A stretch of 64,000 nt of DNA from Candidatus Heimdallarchaeota archaeon (GCA_019057815.1 JAHLWR010000006.1:96001-160000), one strand, 5' to 3'; numbered from the stretch's first letter, positions 10,199 to 20,315 are shown. Notes: generated by a model not told the origin, from the letters alone. Program-made: numbers and translations.

Positions 10199-10591
10199 AT
10201 GAAACATAGGTTGCTAGATTTGTTAGCGTGTCCAGTAGAAAAAGCGTGGCCACTAAAGTTAGAAGTTGTTGAAGAAATAAAAATATCAGAGGCTGTAAAA
10301 ATCCCTGAGGCAAGCAAAAAAACACAAGTTGTTTGTAATTATTACTGTAATCTCAAAAATTTTTATCTTGTTGAATTGAAAGAAAATGGTTCTGAGATTG
10401 TGAAAGATTTAGAGGACATTAAAAAAGAGGTAACAATAGAAGATTGTAAACACTGTTTTCAAATAGAGATAAATAAAGGAAAACTAATTTGTAAAGATGA
10501 TCCAGATAATCACATCTATGAAGTTAAAGAAGGCATACCTGTTATGTTATCGAAAGAACAGATTGCAGATCTTTATGGGAAAAAGAAATAA
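10199..10591 (+). CDS. Trm112-like protein (long archaeal type)
   Basis: MKHRLLDLLACP ... G.LIC ... YEVKEGIPVML; start refined to ATG 10199. Confidence 0.85.
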   Translation: MKHRLLDLLACPVEKAWPLKLEVVEEIKISEAVKIPEASKKTQVVCNYYCNLKNFYLVELKENGSEIVKDLEDIKKEVTIEDCKHCFQIEINKGKLICKDDPDNHIYEVKEGIPVMLSKEQIADLYGKKK

Positions 10592-10596
10592 AAGTG

Positions 10597-10845
10597 TTAG
10601 AAAATATTTCCAACCTGCATTAGGATTTCGATGAAATTTCTTTCTTTAATCCTTTTTATTTGGGTTTCAATAGTTTCAACACTGATGGTTGAGTGATTTC
10701 TGTTATTAGATGCATAGCTAAGTGTGTTAGCAAATTCAATGCTGATTTCATGCAATTTGTTATTAATGCTTTCTTCATTTTCAAATATTCTTATTCTTGA
10801 CACATTTTGATATTCGGAACGGGACTGGAGATTTGATGTTACCAT
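10597..10845 (-). CDS. Small orphan protein (82 aa)
   Basis: GGTGA RBS 6 nt before ATG and a TTTATATA box at 10896-10889 support expression. Confidence 0.7.
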   Translation of the reverse strand: MVTSNLQSRSEYQNVSRIRIFENEESINNKLHEISIEFANTLSYASNNRNHSTISVETIETQIKRIKERNFIEILMQVGNIF

Positions 10846-10888
10846 TTTATATCACCTTTTCTTTGCATGATACTTCAATCAAGGGCCA

Positions 10889-10896
10889 TATATAAA
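10889..10896 (-). promoter_or_regulatory. TATA box (TTTATATA) of the 82-aa gene
   Basis: Consensus archaeal TATA about 45 nt upstream of the ATG, leaving room for a short leader with the RBS. Confidence 0.6.
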
Positions 10897-10939
10897 TGCT
10901 CTAATATTTATTTCATAAAATGTAAGTCGATTTTGTAAT

Positions 10940-10963
10940 GTTATTTACAATATTGTAAATAAC
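10940..10963. promoter_or_regulatory. Perfect 24-bp palindrome GTTATTTACAATATTGTAAATAAC (candidate operator)
   Basis: Checked base by base: identical to its reverse complement; intergenic. Confidence 0.6.
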
Positions 10964-11010
10964 TTCTGATGTTGCCTTAAAATTATTGTCTAATAAAGGA
11001 AAAAAGAAGA

Positions 11011-11265
11011 TTATTGCTCTTTTTTTACTTTCTTGTATACTTTATATGAAAAATGTGCTATCTCAACCAAGATTCCTATTGACAATAGTATATTTACTGT
11101 AATTATTCTCCCTTGAAAATCTTCAAAAGAGTATAAAAATCTTTGAAAGGTGAGAAATATTGCGTATGCTATTAGAATCAATAGAATCATAAGTAATTGT
11201 AGAGTGAGAGTTTTATCAAGAAGCGTTATTCGTTGTTTTTTATCTAAATTATCTTCTGTTACCAT
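11011..11265 (-). CDS. Small two-TM membrane protein
   Basis: GAGGT RBS before ATG 11265, just after the mutL stop; two hydrophobic segments. Confidence 0.7.
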   Translation of the reverse strand: MVTEDNLDKKQRITLLDKTLTLQLLMILLILIAYAIFLTFQRFLYSFEDFQGRIITVNILLSIGILVEIAHFSYKVYKKVKKEQ

Positions 11266-11275
11266 TACTATTACC

Positions 11276-13117
11276 TCACTTGTAATCTCTAAGGAAAAGC
11301 TCTTCCAAATATTTAGCGTTAAGGATAATAAGTGTTGGTCTGCCATGTGGGCACGCATATGGATCTTTTTGCTTTAATAACTGTATTATCAATGACTCAG
11401 CTTGATGTAAATTAATGCGGTCCCCAGCTTTTATTGATCTTTTACACGCAAATAATGAAATAATTTCTTTGATAAAACTCATATCTTTTAAGTCAATTTC
11501 TGCTCGAATTTCAGTTGCATAATTTTTGAAAATATCTACAACATCTTTTGCTGCTAGGACGGAGATTGTTTTTCCAAGTATTGAGGGTATTGAACGGATT
11601 ACCACTTCTCTTCTTCCAAAGATATCAACATCAAAACCAAAAGTTTTGAGTTTTTCTTTCAATTCATTATATAGTTCTATTTCTGAAGGTTTTATCTCAA
11701 TTGAAACTGGAGCTAACAATTGTTGAACAGCAATTTTCTTATTTTCAATTTGATAAAGGTATTTAAGATAATTTATTTTTTCATGTGCTGCATGTTGATC
11801 ACATAAAAGGAGTCCTTCTTGTGTCTCAGCAATAATATATGTGTTTTTTATTATTCCTAATACTCTTATGGTCCTCCTCTCTTCTGTTTGGGGATGTATG
11901 GGCGATTTTTTCTCTGTTTCTTTGTGTATGTATTTCTGAAGGGGTTGGTCTCTTTTGCTAATAAGCTGAAAGGATGATTTCTCGAATGATGTTACAGAAC
12001 CTGACTTTAGTGATATTGGTGGCTTAGTTTCTAGTCTTTCTGTTGAAGTCGGAGTGGTTTTAATAAACTGAGTCTGCGAATGGGGATGTTCAACCCTTTC
12101 AAAAACCTTCAACCCACTTTTCTCTAGACTTTCTCTAACACCTGTTTCAACAAGACGAAAAATTTTAGTTTCATTATTGAATCGTACTTCCCTTTTAGTG
12201 GGATGAACATTTACATCTATTTCATCAGCTGGTAGATTTATAAACAGAAATACGATGGGAAACCTTTTATCAGGCATTGAAGTTCCATAGCCTTTTAAAA
12301 TAGCATTTGTAATTATTTTATCTGTTATGGGTCTATTATTGATGTGGATGTAAATGTAATCCCTAGATTTTCGTGAGTATTCAGGTTTAGTAATGTACCC
12401 TTTAAGAAAATATGATTCTTCCATATTGTTGACGGGAAAACAAGCTTTAGCAATGTTGTTGCCAAAAATTGTAGCAATTTGTGAGAGTAAATCACCTTTT
12501 GGTACTGTTATAATACTTTTCTCATTATGTTTAAGCGAAAAAGCAATCTGGGGATGAGACAAGGCTAATTTTGTTACATATTCTGTTATATGGTTGACTT
12601 CTGTAGCTGTAGTTTTCAAGAACTTTTTTCTAACTGGTACATTAAAAAATAGATTTTTCACTAAAATTCGTGTTCCAATGGGAATAGAAGTTTGTTCTTC
12701 TAGAGTGGTTGTCCCCCCTTCGATGATAACATGAGTGCCAAGTTCTTCTTCCTTTGTTCTAGTATAAATATCGACAATTGCTACACTTACAATACTAGAA
12801 AGAGCTTCACCTCTGAAACCTAATGTATGAATAGCAAACAGATCATCAGCCGTTTTGATTTTACTTGTTGTATGTCTTTGTAGCGATAGAATAACATCAT
12901 CATGTGGTATCCCTACACCATTATCGATGATCTCTATCGCTTTTTTCCCCCCTTCTTGGATATTGATTGTTATTTGAGTACTATTGGCATCTATAGAGTT
13001 CTCTATAAGTTCCTTTACTACAGACGCTGGACGCTCTATAACTTCTCCTGCTGCTATTTTACTTATCGTAGCTGTATCAAGCTCAATAACCCGTTTTTCC
13101 ATATATGTAAACCTCAA
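11276..13117 (-). CDS. mutL: DNA mismatch repair endonuclease MutL
   Basis: IAAGEVIERPASVVKELIENSIDA, GFRGEAL, DVNVHPTK, DQHAAHE, ACK, CPHGRP. Confidence 0.98.
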   Translation of the reverse strand: MRFTYMEKRVIELDTATISKIAAGEVIERPASVVKELIENSIDANSTQITINIQEGGKKAIEIIDNGVGIPHDDVILSLQRHTTSKIKTADDLFAIHTLGFRGEALSSIVSVAIVDIYTRTKEEELGTHVIIEGGTTTLEEQTSIPIGTRILVKNLFFNVPVRKKFLKTTATEVNHITEYVTKLALSHPQIAFSLKHNEKSIITVPKGDLLSQIATIFGNNIAKACFPVNNMEESYFLKGYITKPEYSRKSRDYIYIHINNRPITDKIITNAILKGYGTSMPDKRFPIVFLFINLPADEIDVNVHPTKREVRFNNETKIFRLVETGVRESLEKSGLKVFERVEHPHSQTQFIKTTPTSTERLETKPPISLKSGSVTSFEKSSFQLISKRDQPLQKYIHKETEKKSPIHPQTEERRTIRVLGIIKNTYIIAETQEGLLLCDQHAAHEKINYLKYLYQIENKKIAVQQLLAPVSIEIKPSEIELYNELKEKLKTFGFDVDIFGRREVVIRSIPSILGKTISVLAAKDVVDIFKNYATEIRAEIDLKDMSFIKEIISLFACKRSIKAGDRINLHQAESLIIQLLKQKDPYACPHGRPTLIILNAKYLEELFLRDYK

Positions 13118-13172
13118 GAATTGACTTTAAAAGGATTTCATGTAATTAATGTTGTTAAGAAAGAGAAATAAT

Positions 13173-15842
13173 TTATTTTATTTTATTGCACAAAATTCTT
13201 TTAATTTTTATTATTAGCTGATTAAGAACATTTATCGCTTCAATCGGTGATATCTCATCAACATTGATATTGGAAATCTCTTTCATGAGATTATCTTTTT
13301 GTGATTTTTTGATGAGTAAAGTCTCTGTAGATTCTTTCTGAGTTTTCATTTGTCTTTGAGCTAATGATTCTTTGTCATTTTCAGTTTGTGTTTTTTCTTG
13401 ATTACCCAAATGCAATTCTGATAGCATTTTATTAGCGCGCTTTATTACACTATCAGGCAATCCTGCTAAGGAAGCGACATGAACGCCATAGCTCTCATCG
13501 ATCCCGCCTTCTTTAATCTTATATAAAAAGTGGATTTGTCCATTTACATTCTTTACAGACACGTGATAATTTTTGACACGTGGGAGTATTTCTTCTAATT
13601 CTGTCAATTCGTGGTAATGTGTTGCTAATAGAGTTCTTGGACCCTTATTCCCTATATTATTATGAAGGTATTCAGTGATAGCCCAAGCAAGAGACACCCC
13701 ATCAAAAGTAGAAGTTCCTCGGCCAACTTCATCTAAGATTACTAAACTTTTTTCTGTAGCATTGTTAAGGATGTTTGCACACTCATACATTTCGACCATA
13801 AACGTAGAACGATGTTCAATAAGAACATCGTGAGCACCGATTCTTGTGAATATTCTGTCAGTTAATCCTATTTTTGCGCTCTCTGCAGGAACAAAGCTTC
13901 CTATATGCGCCATTAGGGTAATTAGTGCAATTTGTCTAAGATAAGTCGATTTTCCAGCCATATTCGGACCTGTAATTACTAAAACTCTGTTTTTATCTTC
14001 ACCCATCACACAATTATTTGGTATGAATGAAGATGTAGGAAGTATTTGCTCAATAACAGGGTGTCGTCCATTTTTTATTTCTATAATCTCTGTTTCTGTA
14101 ATTTGTGGTTTCACATAGTTATGATATGCAGCGTTCTCAGCAAAAGCTGCCAAAACATCTAATGTTGCGCAACACTGAGCATTTTGTTGAACTTCTGCAG
14201 AAAACTTAGATAATTCTTTAAGTATACTTGTATACAATTCTTCTTCTATGACAAGAATCTTCTCTTCAGCATTCAATATTTTTTCTTCATATTCTTTTAA
14301 TTCTGGTGTAATATATCTTTCCGCATTAACTAGTGTTTGTTTTCTATCATATTCGGGAGGGACTCGATTGATGAAGGATTTTGAAACTTCAATATAATAA
14401 CCAAAAACCTTGTTAAAGCGTATTTTCAGAGTCTTAATTCCTGTTCTTTGTTTTTCACGTGCTTCAAGAGATGTAAGGAACGATTTTCCTCCTTTTTGTA
14501 TCTGACGAAGACTGTCAAGGTCTTCATTGTGTCCATCCCTTATTACATTTCCGTCCTTAAGGCTTGTGGGAACTTCCTCTGCTATTCCTTCATCAATAAT
14601 TCTTGTAAGGTCCTTGAGAGGATTAAGATTCTTTCTAATTTCGTTTAGGAGCGGTGACTTAAAATTTGATAAGTTATCAGTTATAATGGGGATTAATTCG
14701 ATAGAGTTTTTCAGAGAAATTAATTCTCTTGGTCTAACACGACCCAAGCAAACTCTTCCTATTATGCGTTCGATATCACTCATTTTGCTAAGAATTACGC
14801 GCAAATCTTTCCTCATTATTATGGTATTAACAAATTCCTCCGTTGCATCAAGTCTTTCTTCGATTGTTTTTATGTTTAAGTTAGGTCTTAGTAGCCAGTA
14901 AGTAAGAAGCCTTGACCCTGTAGATGTTTTAGTGTTGTCTAATACCTGTCTAAGAGTCCCATTTTCTGAACGATCACGTAAACTTTCAATCAATTCTAGA
15001 CTTCTAACTGTACTATAATCTAATATCATGAATTCTTGTGATATAATTGGGTTAATTTTTGTGATATTAGGAAAGCTTTCACAAAGTTGTGTCTCTTTTA
15101 AGTAGCGTAAGATAGCACCAGCAGCGCCAACTGAAACACTAGAGTCAACAACACCAAAACCCTCTAAACTCAAGACGTTAAAATGATTACAGAGTTCCTG
15201 TTTACCTTGTTCTACATCAAAAAAGCAATCGTTTTTGTATGTAAAAGTGCTTCTGGACATGTCTATTTTTAGATTAAGTCTTTCCCACAAATCTTTTTCA
15301 ACTAAAACTTCTGCTGGATTCAATCTAGTAAGTTCAATTTCAAGCAAGTCTTTGTCATTATAATTTGATATTATGAACTCGCCTGTAGAAAGATCGATTG
15401 CAGAGAGACCTATTTCCATATCTTCACTATTGATTGAGACTAAGTAATTGTTCATCTTGTTTAGGGATTCAGGTTCAGTAATTGTACCACGAGTAATCAA
15501 CCTAACAACACCCCTTTTCACTATTTTCTTAGTAAGTTTTGGATCTTCTAATTGTTCAACAATTGCAACTTTGTAACCTTTTTCAATCATTTTACAAAGA
15601 TAAGAATCTAAAGCGTGATGAGGAACACCAGCAAGAGGCCACTCACTATCAGATGTCTTACGAGAAGTAAGTGTAATATTAAGAGCTTTTGACATCTCCA
15701 CAGCTTGTTCTCGAAACGTTTCGTAAAAATCTCCCAGCCTAAAGAAAATTATGTATTCTGGATATTCTTTCTTAATTTCTATCCATTGTTTTTGCATAGG
15801 TGTTAAAATAGGCTTTATCTTCCTATCGTCGAATCTTTTCAT
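13173..15842 (-). CDS. mutS: DNA mismatch repair protein MutS (MutS1)
   Basis: TPMQKQ, GDFYE mismatch motif, GPNMAGKST, STFMVEM, DEVGRGTST, SYG. Confidence 0.98.
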   Translation of the reverse strand: MKRFDDRKIKPILTPMQKQWIEIKKEYPEYIIFFRLGDFYETFREQAVEMSKALNITLTSRKTSDSEWPLAGVPHHALDSYLCKMIEKGYKVAIVEQLEDPKLTKKIVKRGVVRLITRGTITEPESLNKMNNYLVSINSEDMEIGLSAIDLSTGEFIISNYNDKDLLEIELTRLNPAEVLVEKDLWERLNLKIDMSRSTFTYKNDCFFDVEQGKQELCNHFNVLSLEGFGVVDSSVSVGAAGAILRYLKETQLCESFPNITKINPIISQEFMILDYSTVRSLELIESLRDRSENGTLRQVLDNTKTSTGSRLLTYWLLRPNLNIKTIEERLDATEEFVNTIIMRKDLRVILSKMSDIERIIGRVCLGRVRPRELISLKNSIELIPIITDNLSNFKSPLLNEIRKNLNPLKDLTRIIDEGIAEEVPTSLKDGNVIRDGHNEDLDSLRQIQKGGKSFLTSLEAREKQRTGIKTLKIRFNKVFGYYIEVSKSFINRVPPEYDRKQTLVNAERYITPELKEYEEKILNAEEKILVIEEELYTSILKELSKFSAEVQQNAQCCATLDVLAAFAENAAYHNYVKPQITETEIIEIKNGRHPVIEQILPTSSFIPNNCVMGEDKNRVLVITGPNMAGKSTYLRQIALITLMAHIGSFVPAESAKIGLTDRIFTRIGAHDVLIEHRSTFMVEMYECANILNNATEKSLVILDEVGRGTSTFDGVSLAWAITEYLHNNIGNKGPRTLLATHYHELTELEEILPRVKNYHVSVKNVNGQIHFLYKIKEGGIDESYGVHVASLAGLPDSVIKRANKMLSELHLGNQEKTQTENDKESLAQRQMKTQKESTETLLIKKSQKDNLMKEISNINVDEISPIEAINVLNQLIIKIKRILCNKIK

Positions 15843-15860
15843 TTTTTCCAGCTCTTTGTT

Positions 15861-16679
15861 TTATTTGTACTCATAAAATTGGATTCTTTTTTCAATATAA
15901 AAATCGTAGACTTCTTTTGGTTGTTTTTTAGAATCTGCTGCACTCCACGAATAGATATTCTCTTCTTCCTGTTCTGTTTCTTCAAACCAACTATCTTCTT
16001 CTATAATTTTATTCAGTGAATCAATAATTTTTATTCCTGCGCTTGCCCCAATACGATTTGCTCCAGCATTTATCATTCTAACAGCAGTTTTAGCGTCTCG
16101 TATTCCTCCTGCAGCTTTAACACCAAAGTTTGAATCAACTGTTTTCCGCATGAGTCTTACGTGGTCAACAAAAGCTCCCATTGGACCGAATCCAGTACTT
16201 GTTTTCACAAAATTTGCTCCTGTATTTATTATTAGTTTACAGGCTTTCACTATCTGTTCATCTGTAAGATAACCAGTTTCCAAAATTACTTTTACTTTTG
16301 CTCCACCAGCTGCGTTTACTACTTCTTCTATGTCATTCTTAACGTAATCGTAGTTCCTATTGTGGAAAAATCCCACATTCATGACCATATCTATCTCTTT
16401 AGCTCCCATACTTATCGCTTCTTCTGTTTCAACAGCTTTTGCTTTGGTTGTACAAGATCCTAAAGGGAATCCGATTACCGCTGCTATTTCAACATCTGTG
16501 CCATCTACCTGTTTAAGACAATGAGCAACATAAGAAGAGTTTACACAAACAGCTGTAAATTGATGTTCTATTGCTTCGTGACATAATTTTGTTATATCAT
16601 TTTCTGTCGCATAGGGTTTTAGATTGGTGTGATCGATCATCTTCGCTAATTCATCAGGTGTTATCTTTCTGCTATACAC
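15861..16679 (-). CDS. deoC: Deoxyribose-phosphate aldolase with C-terminal extension
   Basis: IDHTNLKP, VIGFPLG, EIDMV, VKTSTGF, KAAGGIR, RIGAS. Confidence 0.95.
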   Translation of the reverse strand: MYSRKITPDELAKMIDHTNLKPYATENDITKLCHEAIEHQFTAVCVNSSYVAHCLKQVDGTDVEIAAVIGFPLGSCTTKAKAVETEEAISMGAKEIDMVMNVGFFHNRNYDYVKNDIEEVVNAAGGAKVKVILETGYLTDEQIVKACKLIINTGANFVKTSTGFGPMGAFVDHVRLMRKTVDSNFGVKAAGGIRDAKTAVRMINAGANRIGASAGIKIIDSLNKIIEEDSWFEETEQEEENIYSWSAADSKKQPKEVYDFYIEKRIQFYEYK

Positions 16680-16853
16680 AATGAATTGTTTAAAATAAAC
16701 TACAAAAATATTCCTAATATTATGAAATACTCTAGGTTTAACTATATCATACCAAAATAGTTTTTATAAACTTAAAATGGTATTCAATGCCAAAATGTTT
16801 AAAATAGTTTGCTCAGCATTTTGGACAATACAGAATTTATGAGGTTAGTGTTA

Positions 16854-18941
16854 ATGCAGATGACAATTTCAAAACGGAGTTTAATCACATTATCGTTTCT
16901 TTTAATTATGTGCGTTTCCTCCCTTACTGCCTTTAGTATAGGCATGACAAATCCCGAAACAAATTTCAGCGACACTATTCAAGCTAATAGTGTCGCTTAT
17001 CCCGCTAGTGATTTAATACTAAGTGATGTTACTAATTATGTTGCTGAGCTAAATGCAACAGTAAAGTCTAATAGAACTATCTTCCTTGAAACATATGGTG
17101 TCGCATCATTTAACGAAACTATAGTATTTCATAATGTGGGTGAGGATTCAATTAAATACTTCAATTATACTTTGCCCAACATTAACACTGAAAAACTCAC
17201 TTTTATTGCATTTTATATAACAAATGAGTCATGGGCAAATATCTACACAGCAAATGCTTCACGCTCATATGCTTTCAGTAGATATGTAAATTATACAACT
17301 TATAGAGTTCCATTTACACCTACAGGTGCAAATATAGAAATAGATTCCACCTACAATATTAGAGTGCTGGTAGAATTTGCTCAACCTTATGAAGTATCTT
17401 TTGAAGAACATGAGCAATTATTGCATTATCAAGAATATTTAACCCCTCTAATTGACAATGTCCCTATAATTAATGGAACAACACTTGTTAGGAAACAAGG
17501 AGGAGATAGGTTTGAAGATACAAGATACGAAATTACTCCTACAAATGAGACTACAGTTACAGTATACCTTGATGCAGCTTCTGGTACCTTAAAATGGACT
17601 AATATTACACGCGCTTCTTTCAATATTAGTCAATCTTATGAAGATGACTTTTTGATGAATGTGTATTTATCTTCAGTCAGTAATACTCAAGATGTAACTA
17701 GACTGGCCAATACTATGCTCTTTAAGGCAACTGAAGCATATAGAAAAATTGAGATTGACCCATATGGCCTAGTAAGAATTACAGAGAAACAGACAATAGA
17801 ATTTCTAGGTCCAGAGTTTCCAGCGGAAGACGAATTAGACACAATAAACATGTTCGCTCTTAATGCACTTGTTATAGTTTTTCCTCAAAATGTTACAGTA
17901 CTTAATATATTCGATGAAGTTGGAGGATTAAACCTTAAATATATGATGAATGAACAACAAATGTGGGAACGTGGTACGTACAACTTACGTGAAAGCACAT
18001 TCCCCGGACATCAAGGTTTAATCATTTTTCCAAGAACTCCATTATATAAAGGAGATATAATGTGTTTTACAATAGAGTATAAGCTACCCCTTGAAGATGT
18101 ATTATTCAAAGAACAAGGAACTATTAACTATGATCTCAAAATTTCTCCTTATTCCATAATTAACTGGACTATAGATGATCTTACACTAGACATTGTACTT
18201 CCTAAAGGAGCTGTATACCGATATCACACATACAATAATCCTGATCCATATCAACAACTACACGTGAGTTATGAGAAAAAATTCTACTTTGGAACCTTAG
18301 GCTTTAAGAGAATTTTGAATTTCAAAGCTACTGCTTTCTCGGGAAATGATAATACCCCACTCATTATAAACTTCAACTATTCTCGAATGAATGTATGGAT
18401 TACTTACTTAATCCAGATACTAGCTGTTGGGGCTCTAATTGCTGTATATTTAGGTTTTAGGTGGACAAGAAAATTCACTAGAGAAGTTTCAGGTGAAGTG
18501 GATAAAGAATTCATACCTATTGATGAAATAAGAGAATTTGTTAAACAATATGAAGAAAAATTAGGTTTACAAGACAGAATACGTGAAACTAGAGCTAAGA
18601 TTGCTGCTAAGAAACTTAAAACAAGAGAAGGTAAAGAATTACGATTTACACTAGAGAAACGTCTTCGTAAGATAGAAGAGTTACTAAAGACAGCGAAAGT
18701 AAAACTTGTTGAATATAGAGGACGATATAAAGAAGCAGTGCAAAAGGTTGAGATTAATGAAAGAAAACTTTACGAAGAGAGGAGAAACCTAATCATACTT
18801 CAAAAAGAATATCGTACTAAGAAAACAATGACAAAAGAATCATACATACAATTGGTTCGAGAGAGACAACAAACCATTGAGAAACTTAAAAATGATATTG
18901 ATGGAGAATTAGTCAGCTTACGATTATTAACAGAATCCTAG
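16854..18941 (+). CDS. Ribophorin I (OST1)-like oligosaccharyltransferase subunit
   Basis: Signal peptide, N-glycosylation sequons, PRTPLYKG...FTIEY and IVLPKGA (cf. PRFPLFGG / LPEGA), single TM, cytosolic coiled coil; start refined by GAGGT RBS. Confidence 0.8.
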   Translation: MQMTISKRSLITLSFLLIMCVSSLTAFSIGMTNPETNFSDTIQANSVAYPASDLILSDVTNYVAELNATVKSNRTIFLETYGVASFNETIVFHNVGEDSIKYFNYTLPNINTEKLTFIAFYITNESWANIYTANASRSYAFSRYVNYTTYRVPFTPTGANIEIDSTYNIRVLVEFAQPYEVSFEEHEQLLHYQEYLTPLIDNVPIINGTTLVRKQGGDRFEDTRYEITPTNETTVTVYLDAASGTLKWTNITRASFNISQSYEDDFLMNVYLSSVSNTQDVTRLANTMLFKATEAYRKIEIDPYGLVRITEKQTIEFLGPEFPAEDELDTINMFALNALVIVFPQNVTVLNIFDEVGGLNLKYMMNEQQMWERGTYNLRESTFPGHQGLIIFPRTPLYKGDIMCFTIEYKLPLEDVLFKEQGTINYDLKISPYSIINWTIDDLTLDIVLPKGAVYRYHTYNNPDPYQQLHVSYEKKFYFGTLGFKRILNFKATAFSGNDNTPLIINFNYSRMNVWITYLIQILAVGALIAVYLGFRWTRKFTREVSGEVDKEFIPIDEIREFVKQYEEKLGLQDRIRETRAKIAAKKLKTREGKELRFTLEKRLRKIEELLKTAKVKLVEYRGRYKEAVQKVEINERKLYEERRNLIILQKEYRTKKTMTKESYIQLVRERQQTIEKLKNDIDGELVSLRLLTES

Positions 18942-19044
18942 GCTTTTTCTCCTTTTTAAATATCGAGCAAAAATATTTTTGTTAATCCAAAAAAGTTTAT
19001 AAAAACGATAGAGAAGTTAAACCAACATATTTGTAGTGTAGAAC

Positions 19045-19449
19045 ATGCACCTTCAAACTGACGAAGAGAACGCAGAATTACTTAGAGCTGAAGTTCCAGG
19101 ACTAGCTGAAGTATCTTTAGAATTATCTAAATGTCTAAAGGAAGCAAGGATCTTATTGGACAGATTGTTTAATATATGTTCACAATATAAAATTGATATA
19201 GATTTGAACACAGAAGAACAGGGCGAAATATCGCTTAAAGTTGCTTTAGTGACCGATCCTCAACAAATGATTCAATATGCAAAACTTGTTCAACTTGTTT
19301 TTCAACTCAATTATTTTTCTAAAAGCTATTACAAGGCTATTAATAGTAAGAAGCTGCCCCAGATTGTAGAAAAAGAAGCCATTGAAGTGTATAATCAGAT
19401 TGAAACATTTCGCCAGATGATTGAACGAGAATATGTTGCTACAATATAA
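19045..19449 (+). CDS. Hypothetical helical protein
   Basis: 134-aa ORF with an upstream TTTATAAA box; no recognised motif. Confidence 0.6.
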   Translation: MHLQTDEENAELLRAEVPGLAEVSLELSKCLKEARILLDRLFNICSQYKIDIDLNTEEQGEISLKVALVTDPQQMIQYAKLVQLVFQLNYFSKSYYKAINSKKLPQIVEKEAIEVYNQIETFRQMIEREYVATI

Positions 19450-19494
19450 CATTAAGTACAATATTTTTGAGGCATACAAAATATGGGATAAGAT

Positions 19495-20256
19495 ATGATA
19501 TCTACAAAAGAAAATAGAAAATATGATAGACAAATCAAATTGCCTAATTTTGGCATTGAAGGACAAAAAAGGCTTAAATCTAGTAAAATTCTTGTTATTG
19601 GTGCTGGAGGTTTAGGATCAGCTGTTTTGTATTATTTAACCTGTGCAGGTGTAGGGAATATAGGGATTGTTGATCCGGATAAAGTTGACTTAACAAACTT
19701 GAATCGACAAATTCTTTATTTTGAAAGTGATTTAGAAAAAAGTAAAATCTCCTCAGCGATAGAAAAACTTTCCCAATTAAATCCAGATGTCAATTTTATA
19801 AAATACAATCATTCTTTGTTATCAGACAACGCAGAGAAAATCATAAAAGAGTATGACTTTGTTGTTGAGGCTAGTGATAATTTTAAAACAAAATTTTTAG
19901 TAAATGATGTTTGTGTAAAATTGGGGAAACCTTTCGTTATAGGAGGAGTCTTCCAGTTTGAAGGGCAATTGATGACAGTATTACCTAAGAAAACAGCTTG
20001 TTATAGATGTGCATTCAAAGATGCTCCTGAAAAAGGTAGTTATCCAACAACTAGTGAACATGGTATTATGGGTACCACAGCAGGTTTTTTTGGGATTGTC
20101 GAAGCTAATGAAGCAATAAAATATATCGTCTTCAAAGAACCTGAAAAATTGCTGTTAAACCAAATATTATACACTGATCTTCTTCATAATTCTTTCGAAA
20201 CCTTTGCAATTCAAAGAGATGAATCATGTTCTGTTTGTTCAGATATTACTCTCTAA
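19495..20256 (+). CDS. MoeB/ThiF/UbaA E1-like adenylyltransferase
   Basis: YDRQI, GAGGLG, DLTNLNRQ, SDNF, Zn ligands CYRC and CSVC. Confidence 0.93.
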   Translation: MISTKENRKYDRQIKLPNFGIEGQKRLKSSKILVIGAGGLGSAVLYYLTCAGVGNIGIVDPDKVDLTNLNRQILYFESDLEKSKISSAIEKLSQLNPDVNFIKYNHSLLSDNAEKIIKEYDFVVEASDNFKTKFLVNDVCVKLGKPFVIGGVFQFEGQLMTVLPKKTACYRCAFKDAPEKGSYPTTSEHGIMGTTAGFFGIVEANEAIKYIVFKEPEKLLLNQILYTDLLHNSFETFAIQRDESCSVCSDITL

Positions 20257-20315
20257 TTTTTCCTTTATTATTTGACTAAAAACAATTGTTTAAAAACCTC
20301 TTTTGGGCTCGTTAA

